Virus record (IMG/VR): IMGVR_UViG_3300045974_000167 | Location: 19,560-83,559 of that record | DNA length: 64,000 nucleotides | Origin: a virus | Strand: one strand, 5' to 3' | Part shown: one piece after another, positions 1 through 9,142 of the stretch | How the letters are laid out: each line of letters begins with the position of its first letter | Position numbering within the stretch: the stretch's first letter is position 1 | Position numbers and translations under genes: made by a program | Notes under the pieces: model-generated | What the model saw: only the letters and a program-made list of their open reading frames with translations | Database searches by the model: none | Told to the model about the DNA's origin: nothing

Positions 1-1
1 C

Positions 2-2131
2 AATGCCGGGATTGAACTAACCGGGGGAAATAGCCCTACGCTGGGTAGCGCCTATGCCGCCGCCAGTCTCTCTAACTGGGGCGAAGTCATTCTCCGCACA
101 ACCGCACCAGCAGGAGCAGCACTTGCTCAATTCATGCTCCGTGTATCCAGCCATAGTTCTGGTACATGGCAGGTAGATAACGCTTATCTATACCTAGCGG
201 ATCAATCCTCGCTTTCTACCGCCGATAGAAACGCGCTGGATAGTATGGCGGCGGCGCTAGATGACAGCAAGCTTTCTTCCTTAGAGAAAGCCTCCATTGT
301 CCCCGCGTATAAGTCGATGCTGCGGGCGTATTTCGGTACATCTGGGTCTAACGGACTAGCGTATACGGCAGGTCAGTACGCGGCCCCGCATACAATCGCC
401 ACCACCAGCTACACCTCCGCTATCACCACTCTTAAGGCAACTCTAGAGGGGTACGGTCTTAAGTTCGGAACAGTTAATACTGTTGTATGGGACTCCGGAC
501 CCTCCACCGAAGTAGCTTGGACGGCGGATCCCACCCCCACCACCGTCGATGGGCCTGCGCTGCGGGCGCAGTACACCTCTGCCCTTCTGGAAGAGTCGGC
601 ACTTCGGCAATCGATTGCAGACGCGGAGCGCCTAACCCGCCTAGACCTTGCTGGGACTATTACGCAGGTCGGCGGGGACGGGTACCTAACTCCTAGCGAG
701 CGCCGCACAATGCGGTTGATTTACCAGAACACGGTATCTCAGGGTACGGTAATCCTAACTAGGATTGTAACTGAGCTTGACCCCAAGAGTATCCCCTGCG
801 ATCACTCCGCGTATGATTCCGCTTTAACAGCACTAACCACGTATTTGAATGGGTTATCCCCGGATCTACGTGTAGATCCCGCCACTCTTACCGCGCCGCA
901 GCAGGTTGCTAATACTCCTATCACTGATAGGGCCGCGTGGTATAACGCATGGAAGGCATTCCTAGACGGGTTCACGCTGTTACAGACCAACTTCACCAAG
1001 GCGGCGCAGGATACTGCAAATTCTGCCATGGATATTTTATCCGCGATTGGATCGGATAATATCCTGTCTAAAGGTGCAGAAAAACAAGCACTAATTCAGA
1101 TATACCGTGCGGCGCAGAAAGACTATTCTGCGGCGTATTCCATACACCAGAAGTTATCCCCTAATCAATCTTGGGGTGTAAATCTTACAACGGATACCGG
1201 GCCAATGTGCTGGCACACCCCCGCCGGGGATGCTACGCACTGGTTCTATGCCCTAACCCGTATGACCTCCGCTAACCCACAAACCCCGGTGGTTGGTGGT
1301 AGCGCGTATTGGTATGATCTAGGGGTAGCTATTGATAACTCCGTATCCGGTACTCCAGCAGGGGCGTATAATTTATTCAACGTAGCGGGGGCAGACCTCG
1401 TTTCTTACATCGGCAGCACTTTAGGGCTATCAGATCCTCTAGTAGTATGGCCCGCAGGTACGTACGTGCCTGGAAACGAAGCCACCTGGATTACGTATGA
1501 CACCCCGATAGATGGGGCCTTATTACGGCAGAAGTTTGCCACGTTCTATTCTGCACAGGCTAATTTTGAGGCTAGTGTAGATACTATAAAGACTAGCATT
1601 CGTGCGGCGCAGGCTAAGTCCGGTGGTTTAGTCCTCGCTAGTGCATCTAGGTTAGGGTCTGTTAGGGTTGGCAGCGGACTAACAATCGATTCTAACGGGA
1701 TTCTAAGTGCGTTAGGTGGCGGCGGTGGGGGCGGTGACGCTACTACCTTAGGTTCCAAGTACCCGGATGTTTCCGCTACCGCCGATACGATTGCACAGCG
1801 CGATCTAAACGGGTGGTTGTTTGCGGTAGATGTTTCTACTTCGTCTGACGCCCGCCTAAAGTACGATGTAGCATCCATCAAGGGCGCGCTTGATAAGGTG
1901 CTTGCGATGCGCGGCGTGACCTTCACCCGTGTAGGTGACACCCGTAAACAGATGGGGGTTATTGCCCAGGAGATGGAAGAGGTTGCTCCCGAGGTTGTTC
2001 ATACTGACGATGAGGGCATGAAATCTGTTACGTATGGTAACCTTGTAGGGGTGTTGATTGAGGCTGTGAAGGAACAGCAGGCAACCATCGTGCAACTGAT
2101 TGCACAGGTTGATGCCCTGACCAAGAACTAG
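2..2131 (+). CDS. Tail fibre/tailspike with C-terminal intramolecular chaperone (peptidase S74-like); 5'-truncated by the window edge
   Basis: Frame is open from position 2. C-terminus has SSDARLKYDV...GVIAQEMEEVAPEVV...YGNLVGVLIEAVKE, the S74 chaperone signature. Three internal D-x-x-L-S/T-x-x-E-K/R repeats and a poly-Gly linker. Confidence 0.88.
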   Translation, partial: NAGIELTGGNSPTLGSAYAAASLSNWGEVILRTTAPAGAALAQFMLRVSSHSSGTWQVDNAYLYLADQSSLSTADRNALDSMAAALDDSKLSSLEKASIVPAYKSMLRAYFGTSGSNGLAYTAGQYAAPHTIATTSYTSAITTLKATLEGYGLKFGTVNTVVWDSGPSTEVAWTADPTPTTVDGPALRAQYTSALLEESALRQSIADAERLTRLDLAGTITQVGGDGYLTPSERRTMRLIYQNTVSQGTVILTRIVTELDPKSIPCDHSAYDSALTALTTYLNGLSPDLRVDPATLTAPQQVANTPITDRAAWYNAWKAFLDGFTLLQTNFTKAAQDTANSAMDILSAIGSDNILSKGAEKQALIQIYRAAQKDYSAAYSIHQKLSPNQSWGVNLTTDTGPMCWHTPAGDATHWFYALTRMTSANPQTPVVGGSAYWYDLGVAIDNSVSGTPAGAYNLFNVAGADLVSYIGSTLGLSDPLVVWPAGTYVPGNEATWITYDTPIDGALLRQKFATFYSAQANFEASVDTIKTSIRAAQAKSGGLVLASASRLGSVRVGSGLTIDSNGILSALGGGGGGGDATTLGSKYPDVSATADTIAQRDLNGWLFAVDVSTSSDARLKYDVASIKGALDKVLAMRGVTFTRVGDTRKQMGVIAQEMEEVAPEVVHTDDEGMKSVTYGNLVGVLIEAVKEQQATIVQLIAQVDALTKN

Positions 2132-2133
2132 CC

Positions 2134-2613
2134 ATGGCACTTCCCGCATCAGGAATACTGAAACTCTCAGATATTATTGCTGAATTCGGTGGGCCGGGGA
2201 ATCTGCGGGCGTATCTGTACGGTGGGACATATGTAACCGTCGCGGACTACGCCCCTAACGTACCGTCCAGCGGGAACATTACCCTTCGTAATTTCTTGGA
2301 CGCGGCAAAGGCAGGAAACCGACTATCCGTAGTCGCTAATCCCAACTACATTGATGGCTTTGGCGTCGGTATATCTGCCCAGAACGTGAACACCGGAGGA
2401 ACTACAATAAGCTCTGACGGCACCGGCCCATTCACGTACGCATGGTCTGTACTCTCCGGTGGAGGGACTATTATCGGGACCGGGGCCGGGGTGTACGTAC
2501 GGGAAAGATTACCATTGTGGGGCATGGATTCAGGACAGATCCAATGCGTAGTTACGGACTCTACCGGGCGTACTGGATCTGCCATAATAGACTACTACCT
2601 AGATAACTCCTAA
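2134..2613 (+). CDS. Tail fibre-associated/adhesin protein
   Basis: N-terminus MALPASGILKLSDIIAEFGG is typical of small proteins that follow S74 tail fibres; Gly/Thr-rich Ig-like C-terminus. Confidence 0.65.
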   Translation: MALPASGILKLSDIIAEFGGPGNLRAYLYGGTYVTVADYAPNVPSSGNITLRNFLDAAKAGNRLSVVANPNYIDGFGVGISAQNVNTGGTTISSDGTGPFTYAWSVLSGGGTIIGTGAGVYVRERLPLWGMDSGQIQCVVTDSTGRTGSAIIDYYLDNS

Positions 2614-2628
2614 CCTTTTGAATTCTCG

Positions 2629-2676
2629 GCGGGGCGGGGACCGGGTAACACCGGCCTTGACCCCGCTATTTTTTTG
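2629..2676 (+). terminator. Intrinsic terminator
   Basis: GCGGGG...CCCCGC stem with an inner CCGG/CCGG stem, followed by TATTTTTTT. Confidence 0.7.
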
Positions 2677-2761
2677 CCCATAAGTAACTGACTGCGATCA
2701 ATTGCAGGAAAATACCCCCCCGGGGGGTTGCTAGAACCCACAGTTAATGTAGTATGAGGGG

Positions 2762-3124
2762 ATGCTATTATTCAAGCCTGGGGTAGACCTCAATAATTTG
2801 AAGCCTCAGGCGGCGGCTGCTATGACTGTAGCTGCTGGTGTATTTGATTTTTACCGGTCCCACTGCATGGTCACCTCCGTAGGGGACAGCAAGCACGGAA
2901 TTGACTCACTGCATTATAAAGGTCTTGCATTTGATTGCAGACTTGCCTCCCGGTACAACTCGACACTTCAGGGAGTAGACGCCGCCGTCGTAGCTAAACT
3001 TAAGGAGTCTCTGACGGCCCAGTACGATGTTGTTCTTGAGGGTGAGGATACCCCGGGGGCCTCAGGTGCTCACATCCATATTGAGTATGATCCGCTCCAC
3101 GACGGTAAGCCCGTTATTGTCTGA
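2762..3124 (+). CDS. Endolysin, M15-like Zn peptidase
   Basis: SLHYKGLAFD and HIHIEYD zinc-ligand motifs (H-x6-D, HxH). Confidence 0.75.
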   Translation: MLLFKPGVDLNNLKPQAAAAMTVAAGVFDFYRSHCMVTSVGDSKHGIDSLHYKGLAFDCRLASRYNSTLQGVDAAVVAKLKESLTAQYDVVLEGEDTPGASGAHIHIEYDPLHDGKPVIV

Positions 3125-3131
3125 GGTTCCT

Positions 3132-3377
3132 ATGGCCTGGTTTTTCAATAATGCTAAAGGCAAGCCTGACGCGATGCTAACGTTCGCCATCTTCGGGTTC
3201 TCCGGGGTGATGATCAAGGCCATTCTGAACGGCGTAACCATTGGGACGGTGAACTGCGGAACAATGGACGCCGCCCTTGCCGCCGCCATCCTTGGATCCA
3301 CTCTAGGGGCTTACGTTATCCGCAGGGGGCAGGACAACAAGAAGGAAGTTTCGTTAGCTTCGTTCAAGGCGGAATAA
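3132..3377 (+). CDS. Putative holin (2 TM)
   Basis: Small, with two hydrophobic segments and a charged C-terminus; directly after the endolysin; GAGG RBS. Confidence 0.55.
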   Translation: MAWFFNNAKGKPDAMLTFAIFGFSGVMIKAILNGVTIGTVNCGTMDAALAAAILGSTLGAYVIRRGQDNKKEVSLASFKAE

Positions 3378-4108
3378 TGCTAGAGAAGATCAAGCCCTGG
3401 ATTCTTCCCGCCGCCTTACTGGTGGCGGTGGTTTTCTTGGCTGTCAAATTCTCCTCTGCTAACAAGGCCGTGACAGAGGCACAGGCCGCTCTTGAACGCA
3501 TCCAGCTAAAGTTAAATGAGGTTCCTGTCGGTGATCCTGTCGCCCAGGCGAAACTCGATGCCGCGCTCCTACAGATTGAGGCATTGAACAAGCTTGTAAC
3601 CGACTTGAAGAAGGATTTGCCCAAGGGGTCCAAGACTATCTACGTACAGTCTGGGGGCACGGGCGCGGGAACGGTCGGCGGCACCCCTCGACCCCCCGAA
3701 CCTCCTGCGAAGCCTGATGAGCCCGCAAAACCTGCGGTCGAATGCCTACTTGCGGTAGGGGACAAGATGGAGATCACGGTTGCCAATGCGGGCATCGAAA
3801 CCCCCAAGGGCAATCTCGTCTTTACTGGAATTGCCTCGGCTACCCGGCTGTCACCGGAACCTAAGACCGAACTCTTCAAGTCTGAACTGAAATACTCCAC
3901 TGAATTTAGGGAGAGGGAAGCTGAAGTAATGGGTTGGGGCGCAGGGGTCTCACTGGCGGCGGGGAAGTTCGGATGGGCGCTAGGGCCTGCGCTGGCGTTC
4001 CCTCCGGTGAATATCTGGGTAGGTAATCTAGAAACCCTCTTCACTATCAACTTCGGTGGGGACGGCCAATGGGTTACGACGGTCAACGGATTCGTCAGGT
4101 TCAAATGA
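3377..4108 (+). CDS. Membrane-anchored coiled-coil protein, spanin-like
   Basis: N-terminal TM/signal, coiled coil, Pro-rich linker, beta-rich C-terminus ending FVRFK; lysis-cassette context. Confidence 0.45.
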   Translation: MLEKIKPWILPAALLVAVVFLAVKFSSANKAVTEAQAALERIQLKLNEVPVGDPVAQAKLDAALLQIEALNKLVTDLKKDLPKGSKTIYVQSGGTGAGTVGGTPRPPEPPAKPDEPAKPAVECLLAVGDKMEITVANAGIETPKGNLVFTGIASATRLSPEPKTELFKSELKYSTEFREREAEVMGWGAGVSLAAGKFGWALGPALAFPPVNIWVGNLETLFTINFGGDGQWVTTVNGFVRFK

Positions 4109-4284
4109 GAGATACGTGGTCGTTGTCTAAGAAGCGATTTCACTTAGATAATTACTGTCCCGGGTGTGGGCACCATTGGGATGTGCATATCCCAGAGGTG
4201 GGGTGTAGGGCGTGGTGTTTGGAGGGGGTCTGTAAATGTCTAAGGACGCAACATCAGGAGACACAACCCCCTACCCGCCCGTAG
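4105..4284 (+). CDS. Small Cys-rich hypothetical protein
   Basis: ATGA overlap with the upstream stop; CPGCGH motif. Confidence 0.4.
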   Translation: MRDTWSLSKKRFHLDNYCPGCGHHWDVHIPEVGCRAWCLEGVCKCLRTQHQETQPPTRP

Positions 4285-4694
4285 TCGGGTATAGTCGTCC
4301 CATTGGACAGCCACAGGGGCCTACTACCGGGCGCTGGGAGTTGTTAGAGCACGTACGCGGTAAGGATGTATCTCGCGGACGCCGCTGGAACGAAGTGCCC
4401 ATGTGGTACCGGGTACTTGACCGTTTCGGCCTCCCCACACTTTTACTCCTTGGGTTATCCTGGGGGGTGTGGACTGTCGGAAATAATGTTATCGAGCGGT
4501 GGGACAAACAGCAGAAGGAAGTTGCTGCGGCTATGACGCGGCAGGCAGAGGCTACCGGGAGGATAGTAGATAAAATCGATAAGATGGCCGATGACACCCA
4601 CCTTGTAACTGGGATTATCCTTGATAGAATCGGTCGTCCGATGCCCTTCGCTACTATAGGCCCCGCTCCTGAGAAGAAAGAGGACAAGAAGTGA
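4236..4694 (+). CDS. Single-TM membrane protein (lysis-associated?)
   Basis: One TM segment (FGLPTLLLLGLSWGVW) followed by a coiled coil; GGAGG RBS. Confidence 0.55.
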   Translation: MSKDATSGDTTPYPPVVGYSRPIGQPQGPTTGRWELLEHVRGKDVSRGRRWNEVPMWYRVLDRFGLPTLLLLGLSWGVWTVGNNVIERWDKQQKEVAAAMTRQAEATGRIVDKIDKMADDTHLVTGIILDRIGRPMPFATIGPAPEKKEDKK

Positions 4695-5191
4695 GTTACA
4701 ATCGGACAATCCTACTCATTCTTGGGGGTATACTCTTGTTCTTGGGGGTGGCTGCCGCCGCAGACCCGGATCATTTAGACCTGATTGCTCGGGCGGGGTT
4801 TTGGTACGACCACGGCGCGGCGCTTATGCTGATGTCGGCTGACCTGATTACTTTAGTTATCCTCCTAATCGTTACAATGCTACACCGAGCCAAGTTTACC
4901 CGACTTAGGATTTCTATCGAGAGCAACCGTCTAGAGGTTAAACGTCTTGGCGGCGTAGCCGAGGAGCGGAAGTCCATGCTTGACCGGGTGGAACGGCACA
5001 TTCAGACGTTGAAGGAACGTACCATGCAACTGCGGGCGTGTGATGAAGACCACGAACGCCGGGTTATGTACCTTGAGAACAAGCTCAATCTCGCCCACGA
5101 TAGGGCGGTGGCGCGGCTAGCACTTAGGGGCGATGCATGGAAGGATGATCTTGCGGCAAACCCTGATAATTTCATGCCCAAGACCCCCTGA
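4691..5191 (+). CDS. Membrane protein with coiled coil
   Basis: Two hydrophobic segments, then a heptad-rich region; GTGA overlap. Confidence 0.55.
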   Translation: MSYNRTILLILGGILLFLGVAAAADPDHLDLIARAGFWYDHGAALMLMSADLITLVILLIVTMLHRAKFTRLRISIESNRLEVKRLGGVAEERKSMLDRVERHIQTLKERTMQLRACDEDHERRVMYLENKLNLAHDRAVARLALRGDAWKDDLAANPDNFMPKTP

Positions 5192-5285
5192 CCGATTGCA
5201 ATCGATTGCAAAGAATGAGAAGATGACCTCGTGGACTAGGTTTGGGCCTGCGGCCCGCATTGATTTTTAATAACAGGAGATACAC

Positions 5286-5702
5286 ATGGCCGGTAAGACC
5301 AACTATCTTGAGGGACAGTTCCTTAACCTTCTTCTGCGGACCCAGGTTGCCTGGAAGCCCGCCGGAATCTGGGTTGGGCTCTTTACCGCTGCCCCTACTG
5401 ATGCCGGTGGAGGTACTGAGGTAACCATTGGGTCCAATGCCTACGGTCGCGCCGCTGTTACCCAGGCGGATGCTAGCTGGAACGCGCCTGCTGGTACGCC
5501 CCGAGCCACCACGAACGCGATTGCCATCAACTTCGCCACCCCCACTCCTGCTGGCTGGGGCCTCGTCACCCACTTCGGCCTGTTTGATGCTGTCTCTGCT
5601 GGCAACCTACTGTACTGGGCGGCGCTGGGTACCTCCAAGACCATCAACGCCAACGACACGGTTAGCTTCGGGATCGGCACTCTCAGCATCACCGAAGACT
5701 AA
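5286..5702 (+). CDS. Virion/tail-associated structural protein
   Basis: MAGKTNYLE...VGLFTAAPTDAGGGTEV...WG.VTHFGLFDA.SAGNLL, a widespread phage tail-region family; AGGAG RBS. Confidence 0.75.
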   Translation: MAGKTNYLEGQFLNLLLRTQVAWKPAGIWVGLFTAAPTDAGGGTEVTIGSNAYGRAAVTQADASWNAPAGTPRATTNAIAINFATPTPAGWGLVTHFGLFDAVSAGNLLYWAALGTSKTINANDTVSFGIGTLSITED

Positions 5703-5709
5703 GCTCTAA

Positions 5710-6696
5710 ATGCCGATCAAACACGCATTCACCAGCGCGAAAGCGGATGGCGGTGATACTACCGTCGTACGTCCTTCGGACTGGAATGCTGATCACGAAG
5801 TAGATGTCGGCGGTGCGTCCTTGGCTTCTCGCACGGACGGTACAGACCCGGCTGCGCCCGCCGCCGATCATCTACTTATCTACGCTAAGACCGTTGCCGG
5901 AAGGGTGATGCCTAAGTGGATCGGCCCTTCCGGCGTGGACATGATCATCCAGCCCCATCTGGGGACCAACAACGTCAGGATGATCCTCCCCGGTGTCGGT
6001 ACGGCGGTGGGCGCCTCTCCTGGCACCGCCTATTCTCTAGTGTCGGTAGGAATGGCGATCACCTCCGCGCTAATTTCTACTGGTGGCGGCAACTCGATTC
6101 CCGCAATCGCCGCGACGAACCTGCTTACACAGACGAAGCGGGCGGCCCTCTCGACAGGCACCACCATCAACGCCGGGATCTCGGTCTACAGCACGGCGCA
6201 TGAGGTGTGGCGTGGTAACGCGGCTGGGCTGGGCGGGTTCTTCTTCGTCTGCCGCTTCGGCAATAGCGTAAACACCACCAACGGACGCTTGTTCGTTGGC
6301 CTGCGCGATGTAACCACAGCGGCAACCATCGTAGACTACACCGCTGCCGCCACTACTACCCCCGGGCGTATCGGGGTAGCCCGTACCGGTACTGGCAACC
6401 TGTACCTAGTCAACTGCGTATCTGGCACAGCTCCTACAGCTCTAGATTTGGGCGCTAACTTCGCCGTCAACACCGCGCACCTGTACGAGCTGATTCTATT
6501 CGCCAAGCCCAACGATTCAACGGTCTACTACCGAGTAACGAATCTCTCGACAGGTAACTCCGCGACAGGATCCCTGACCACGAACATCCCAGCAGCAACT
6601 TCGTTCCTGTCGCCCATCTGCACCATTGGCTCCATTGCGGCGACCTCCGCGAATACGCTTGATTTAATCAAGCTATATCTTGAGACTGACTTCTAG
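5710..6696 (+). CDS. Virion structural protein (minor tail/fibre-like)
   Basis: N-terminal IKHAFTSAKADGGDTTVVRPSDWNADH motif; Thr/Ala/Gly-rich beta-type body. Confidence 0.6.
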   Translation: MPIKHAFTSAKADGGDTTVVRPSDWNADHEVDVGGASLASRTDGTDPAAPAADHLLIYAKTVAGRVMPKWIGPSGVDMIIQPHLGTNNVRMILPGVGTAVGASPGTAYSLVSVGMAITSALISTGGGNSIPAIAATNLLTQTKRAALSTGTTINAGISVYSTAHEVWRGNAAGLGGFFFVCRFGNSVNTTNGRLFVGLRDVTTAATIVDYTAAATTTPGRIGVARTGTGNLYLVNCVSGTAPTALDLGANFAVNTAHLYELILFAKPNDSTVYYRVTNLSTGNSATGSLTTNIPAATSFLSPICTIGSIAATSANTLDLIKLYLETDF

Positions 6697-6704
6697 GGAG
6701 TAAA

Positions 6705-8285
6705 ATGGCTCAGGCGTTCCAGACCGACTTCGTACAGTCGGACGCCTTTGAGGCCGCTGCTCCTTCGGGTGCGCTTGATGGAAGCATCGTTGCGCCTACT
6801 AGTACCGTAACCGGATCTCTTTCCGTAGTAAAAGCACTAACCGGTACGGTTGCGGCGCAGGTTTCTACTGTTTCCGGGTCATTATCTGTAGTAAAGACCC
6901 TCACCGGTACTGTAGCTGCTCAAGTCTCTACTGTAACTGGTGATCTAACTGCTTTTGGTAGTCTAACAGGGGCCGTCGCCGCCGTAACAAGCACGGTTAC
7001 CGGCGATTTATCTGTAGTAAAGACCCTTCAGGGCGCGGTTGTCGCCCCCGCGTCTACTGTCTCCGGAGAGCTAGCTAAAACCGCAGCCCTTGCTGGTGCA
7101 ATCAATTGCACAAGTACGGTGGTCGGCGGTATCTCCCTAGCGGTCAATCTCACCGGTACTGTAACTGGGATCCCTTCAACCGTTTCCGGTACTGTCTCCC
7201 AGGTTGTAAACCTAGCGGGCGCTGTACCCGGGATTACTTCTACCGTAACTGGGTCCGTCAATAAGACGGATACTCTAACCGGTGTAATCGCCGCCCAGGT
7301 AAGTACGGTCGCAGGTGACTTGACCGTCATTTCTTTGACGGCACTAACCGGCAGTATCGCCGCCCCCGCATCAACCGTTACCGGTGAGTTAGCAGTAACT
7401 AAGACTCTCTCCGGGGCGGTTGTCTCTGCTGCCTCAACTGTAGCGGGGTCCATAACTAAGGTCGCCACTCTTACAGGGGCGGTGCCCGCAGTTACGTCCG
7501 TTGTATCCGGGTCACTTGCCTTAGTTAAGGCGTTATCCGGCGCTATTAGTGCCATCACCAGTACCGTTACCGGTTCCCTAACCTCGGTAGGGGACACTCA
7601 ACTAAGCGGAACAATCGCCGCTATTCCCAGTATTGTTACTGGTGATCTAGGCGTAAGTAAGAACCTGACCGGTAGTGTCCCGGCCCAGGTATCTATCGTT
7701 ACCGGTAAACTGACCATCGACCTGCACGGGGCTATAGGCATTGCCCCTTCGGTTGTTACCGGTGAACTGACGGTAGGAAAGAGTCTGTCGGGATCGATCA
7801 TTTCCCCGGCATCTATCGTTAGTGGCGATCTCTATAAGGTAGTCACGTTAGTCGGCAGCATCCCGGGGCAAGTATCTGTTGTCTCCGGTGAACTACTGTC
7901 CTCGTCCACCCTTACTGGGTCAGTATACGGAACTGCCACCGTCGCCGCTGAATTATCGAAGCGGGTTAACCTAGATGGCTTCGTTCTTTGCCCCAGTAGC
8001 GATGTTGCTGGGGAGCTAACTTACGTCGTCAATCTATCCGGCAACGTCGTAGCCCTAGCCACCCTGCTGGGTGAATTGTACGTATCCCAACCGGGCGTTA
8101 GTGTCTCAATCGATATTGGGAAACGTGTCTTAACTATTTACGGGCTGGGGCCGATAGCGGTAGTTAAGACGATATTCCCTACCGCTGACATCAATACTAT
8201 GCGGCCCGCCCACAAGATTTATGCCGCCGAACCCGTGGCAACATGGGTAGTTACTGGCGCTAAGAACAAAACTTTCGTATCATAG
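6705..8285 (+). CDS. Repeat-rich virion fibre/surface protein
   Basis: About 20 tandem ~20-21 aa repeats (LxGxV/IxAxxSxVxGxL), very rich in Ser/Thr/Val/Gly. Confidence 0.65.
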   Translation: MAQAFQTDFVQSDAFEAAAPSGALDGSIVAPTSTVTGSLSVVKALTGTVAAQVSTVSGSLSVVKTLTGTVAAQVSTVTGDLTAFGSLTGAVAAVTSTVTGDLSVVKTLQGAVVAPASTVSGELAKTAALAGAINCTSTVVGGISLAVNLTGTVTGIPSTVSGTVSQVVNLAGAVPGITSTVTGSVNKTDTLTGVIAAQVSTVAGDLTVISLTALTGSIAAPASTVTGELAVTKTLSGAVVSAASTVAGSITKVATLTGAVPAVTSVVSGSLALVKALSGAISAITSTVTGSLTSVGDTQLSGTIAAIPSIVTGDLGVSKNLTGSVPAQVSIVTGKLTIDLHGAIGIAPSVVTGELTVGKSLSGSIISPASIVSGDLYKVVTLVGSIPGQVSVVSGELLSSSTLTGSVYGTATVAAELSKRVNLDGFVLCPSSDVAGELTYVVNLSGNVVALATLLGELYVSQPGVSVSIDIGKRVLTIYGLGPIAVVKTIFPTADINTMRPAHKIYAAEPVATWVVTGAKNKTFVS

Positions 8286-8294
8286 AGGGCATAT

Positions 8295-8621
8295 ATGATT
8301 ACCGTGACGATGGATCAGGGCGAGTACAAAAGGATTGAGGTTGATTACCTCGGATCCGGTACCCCGTGGGATGATTTAACAGGTTGCACTATTGAAATGT
8401 CTGGGAAACTCGATATTAAATCTGCAACCGCTGATTTCACGGCGGCGGGCGCTCTAGGAGCGGCTAATTCGGATGGCAAGATTACAAAGTGGGGAGCAGC
8501 GGTACCATCGAACGTAGTGGCAGGTATTTACGAGGTAGCACTCACTCTATCTAAGTCGGGGGCGACGTTCGGCTTTCCACAGATCGAAACGTGTAAGCTG
8601 ATCGTCTTGAAACACGCATGA
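8295..8621 (+). CDS. Virion protein, BppU-N/Ig-like
   Basis: QGE...DLTG.TI...AGIYEV pattern; structural-gene context. Confidence 0.45.
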   Translation: MITVTMDQGEYKRIEVDYLGSGTPWDDLTGCTIEMSGKLDIKSATADFTAAGALGAANSDGKITKWGAAVPSNVVAGIYEVALTLSKSGATFGFPQIETCKLIVLKHA

Positions 8622-9049
8622 TTCCAGAAGAGTTACGAACCGGGCACGAGATCATAGACACACAGCATAACTCAATTCTCACCGAGTTGAATTTGCTCAA
8701 GAAGGTGCTAGACGAAGGGGGTCTTTCAACCCCGGTCGTCTTAGAATTCGTAACATTCTTACGCAACCACTTCACGGACCACTTCACAGATGAAGAGGTC
8801 TTGATGCATAGGTTGAATTATCCAGCGGCTAACTTGCATGTAGACGAACACCTCAAGTTCTTCGATGTGTTCATCCATACGCGAGCTAAGATTCTTGCTA
8901 ACGGTGCCACCACTGAGAACATCGATAACCTAGTAAGTTCATTGAGTGGTTGGCTGACAGATCACATCCTAAGCACTGATGTTTTACTTGCCAGATTCGT
9001 CCGTGGGGAAAAACTGCCCGAAATCCCCATGTATGAGCGCGGATATTAA
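8618..9049 (+). CDS. Bacteriohemerythrin (single domain)
   Basis: TGHEIIDTQH, HFTDEEVLM, YP...HVDEH, WLTDHILSTD: all di-iron ligands present. Confidence 0.92.
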   Translation: MIPEELRTGHEIIDTQHNSILTELNLLKKVLDEGGLSTPVVLEFVTFLRNHFTDHFTDEEVLMHRLNYPAANLHVDEHLKFFDVFIHTRAKILANGATTENIDNLVSSLSGWLTDHILSTDVLLARFVRGEKLPEIPMYERGY

Positions 9050-9076
9050 AAATCTGGGCCGCAACGATAAATTTCC

Positions 9077-9105
9077 TTGCGCCCTTTAGTTAATTTCTGT
9101 ACCTT
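9077..9105 (+). promoter_or_regulatory. sigma70-type promoter (fixed-AG spacer class)
   Basis: TTGCGC-17-TACCTT; AG at spacer positions 6-7. Confidence 0.55.
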
Positions 9106-9142
9106 CTAAATCGTCGGCAACACCTACCCGCCGCCCAATGGA

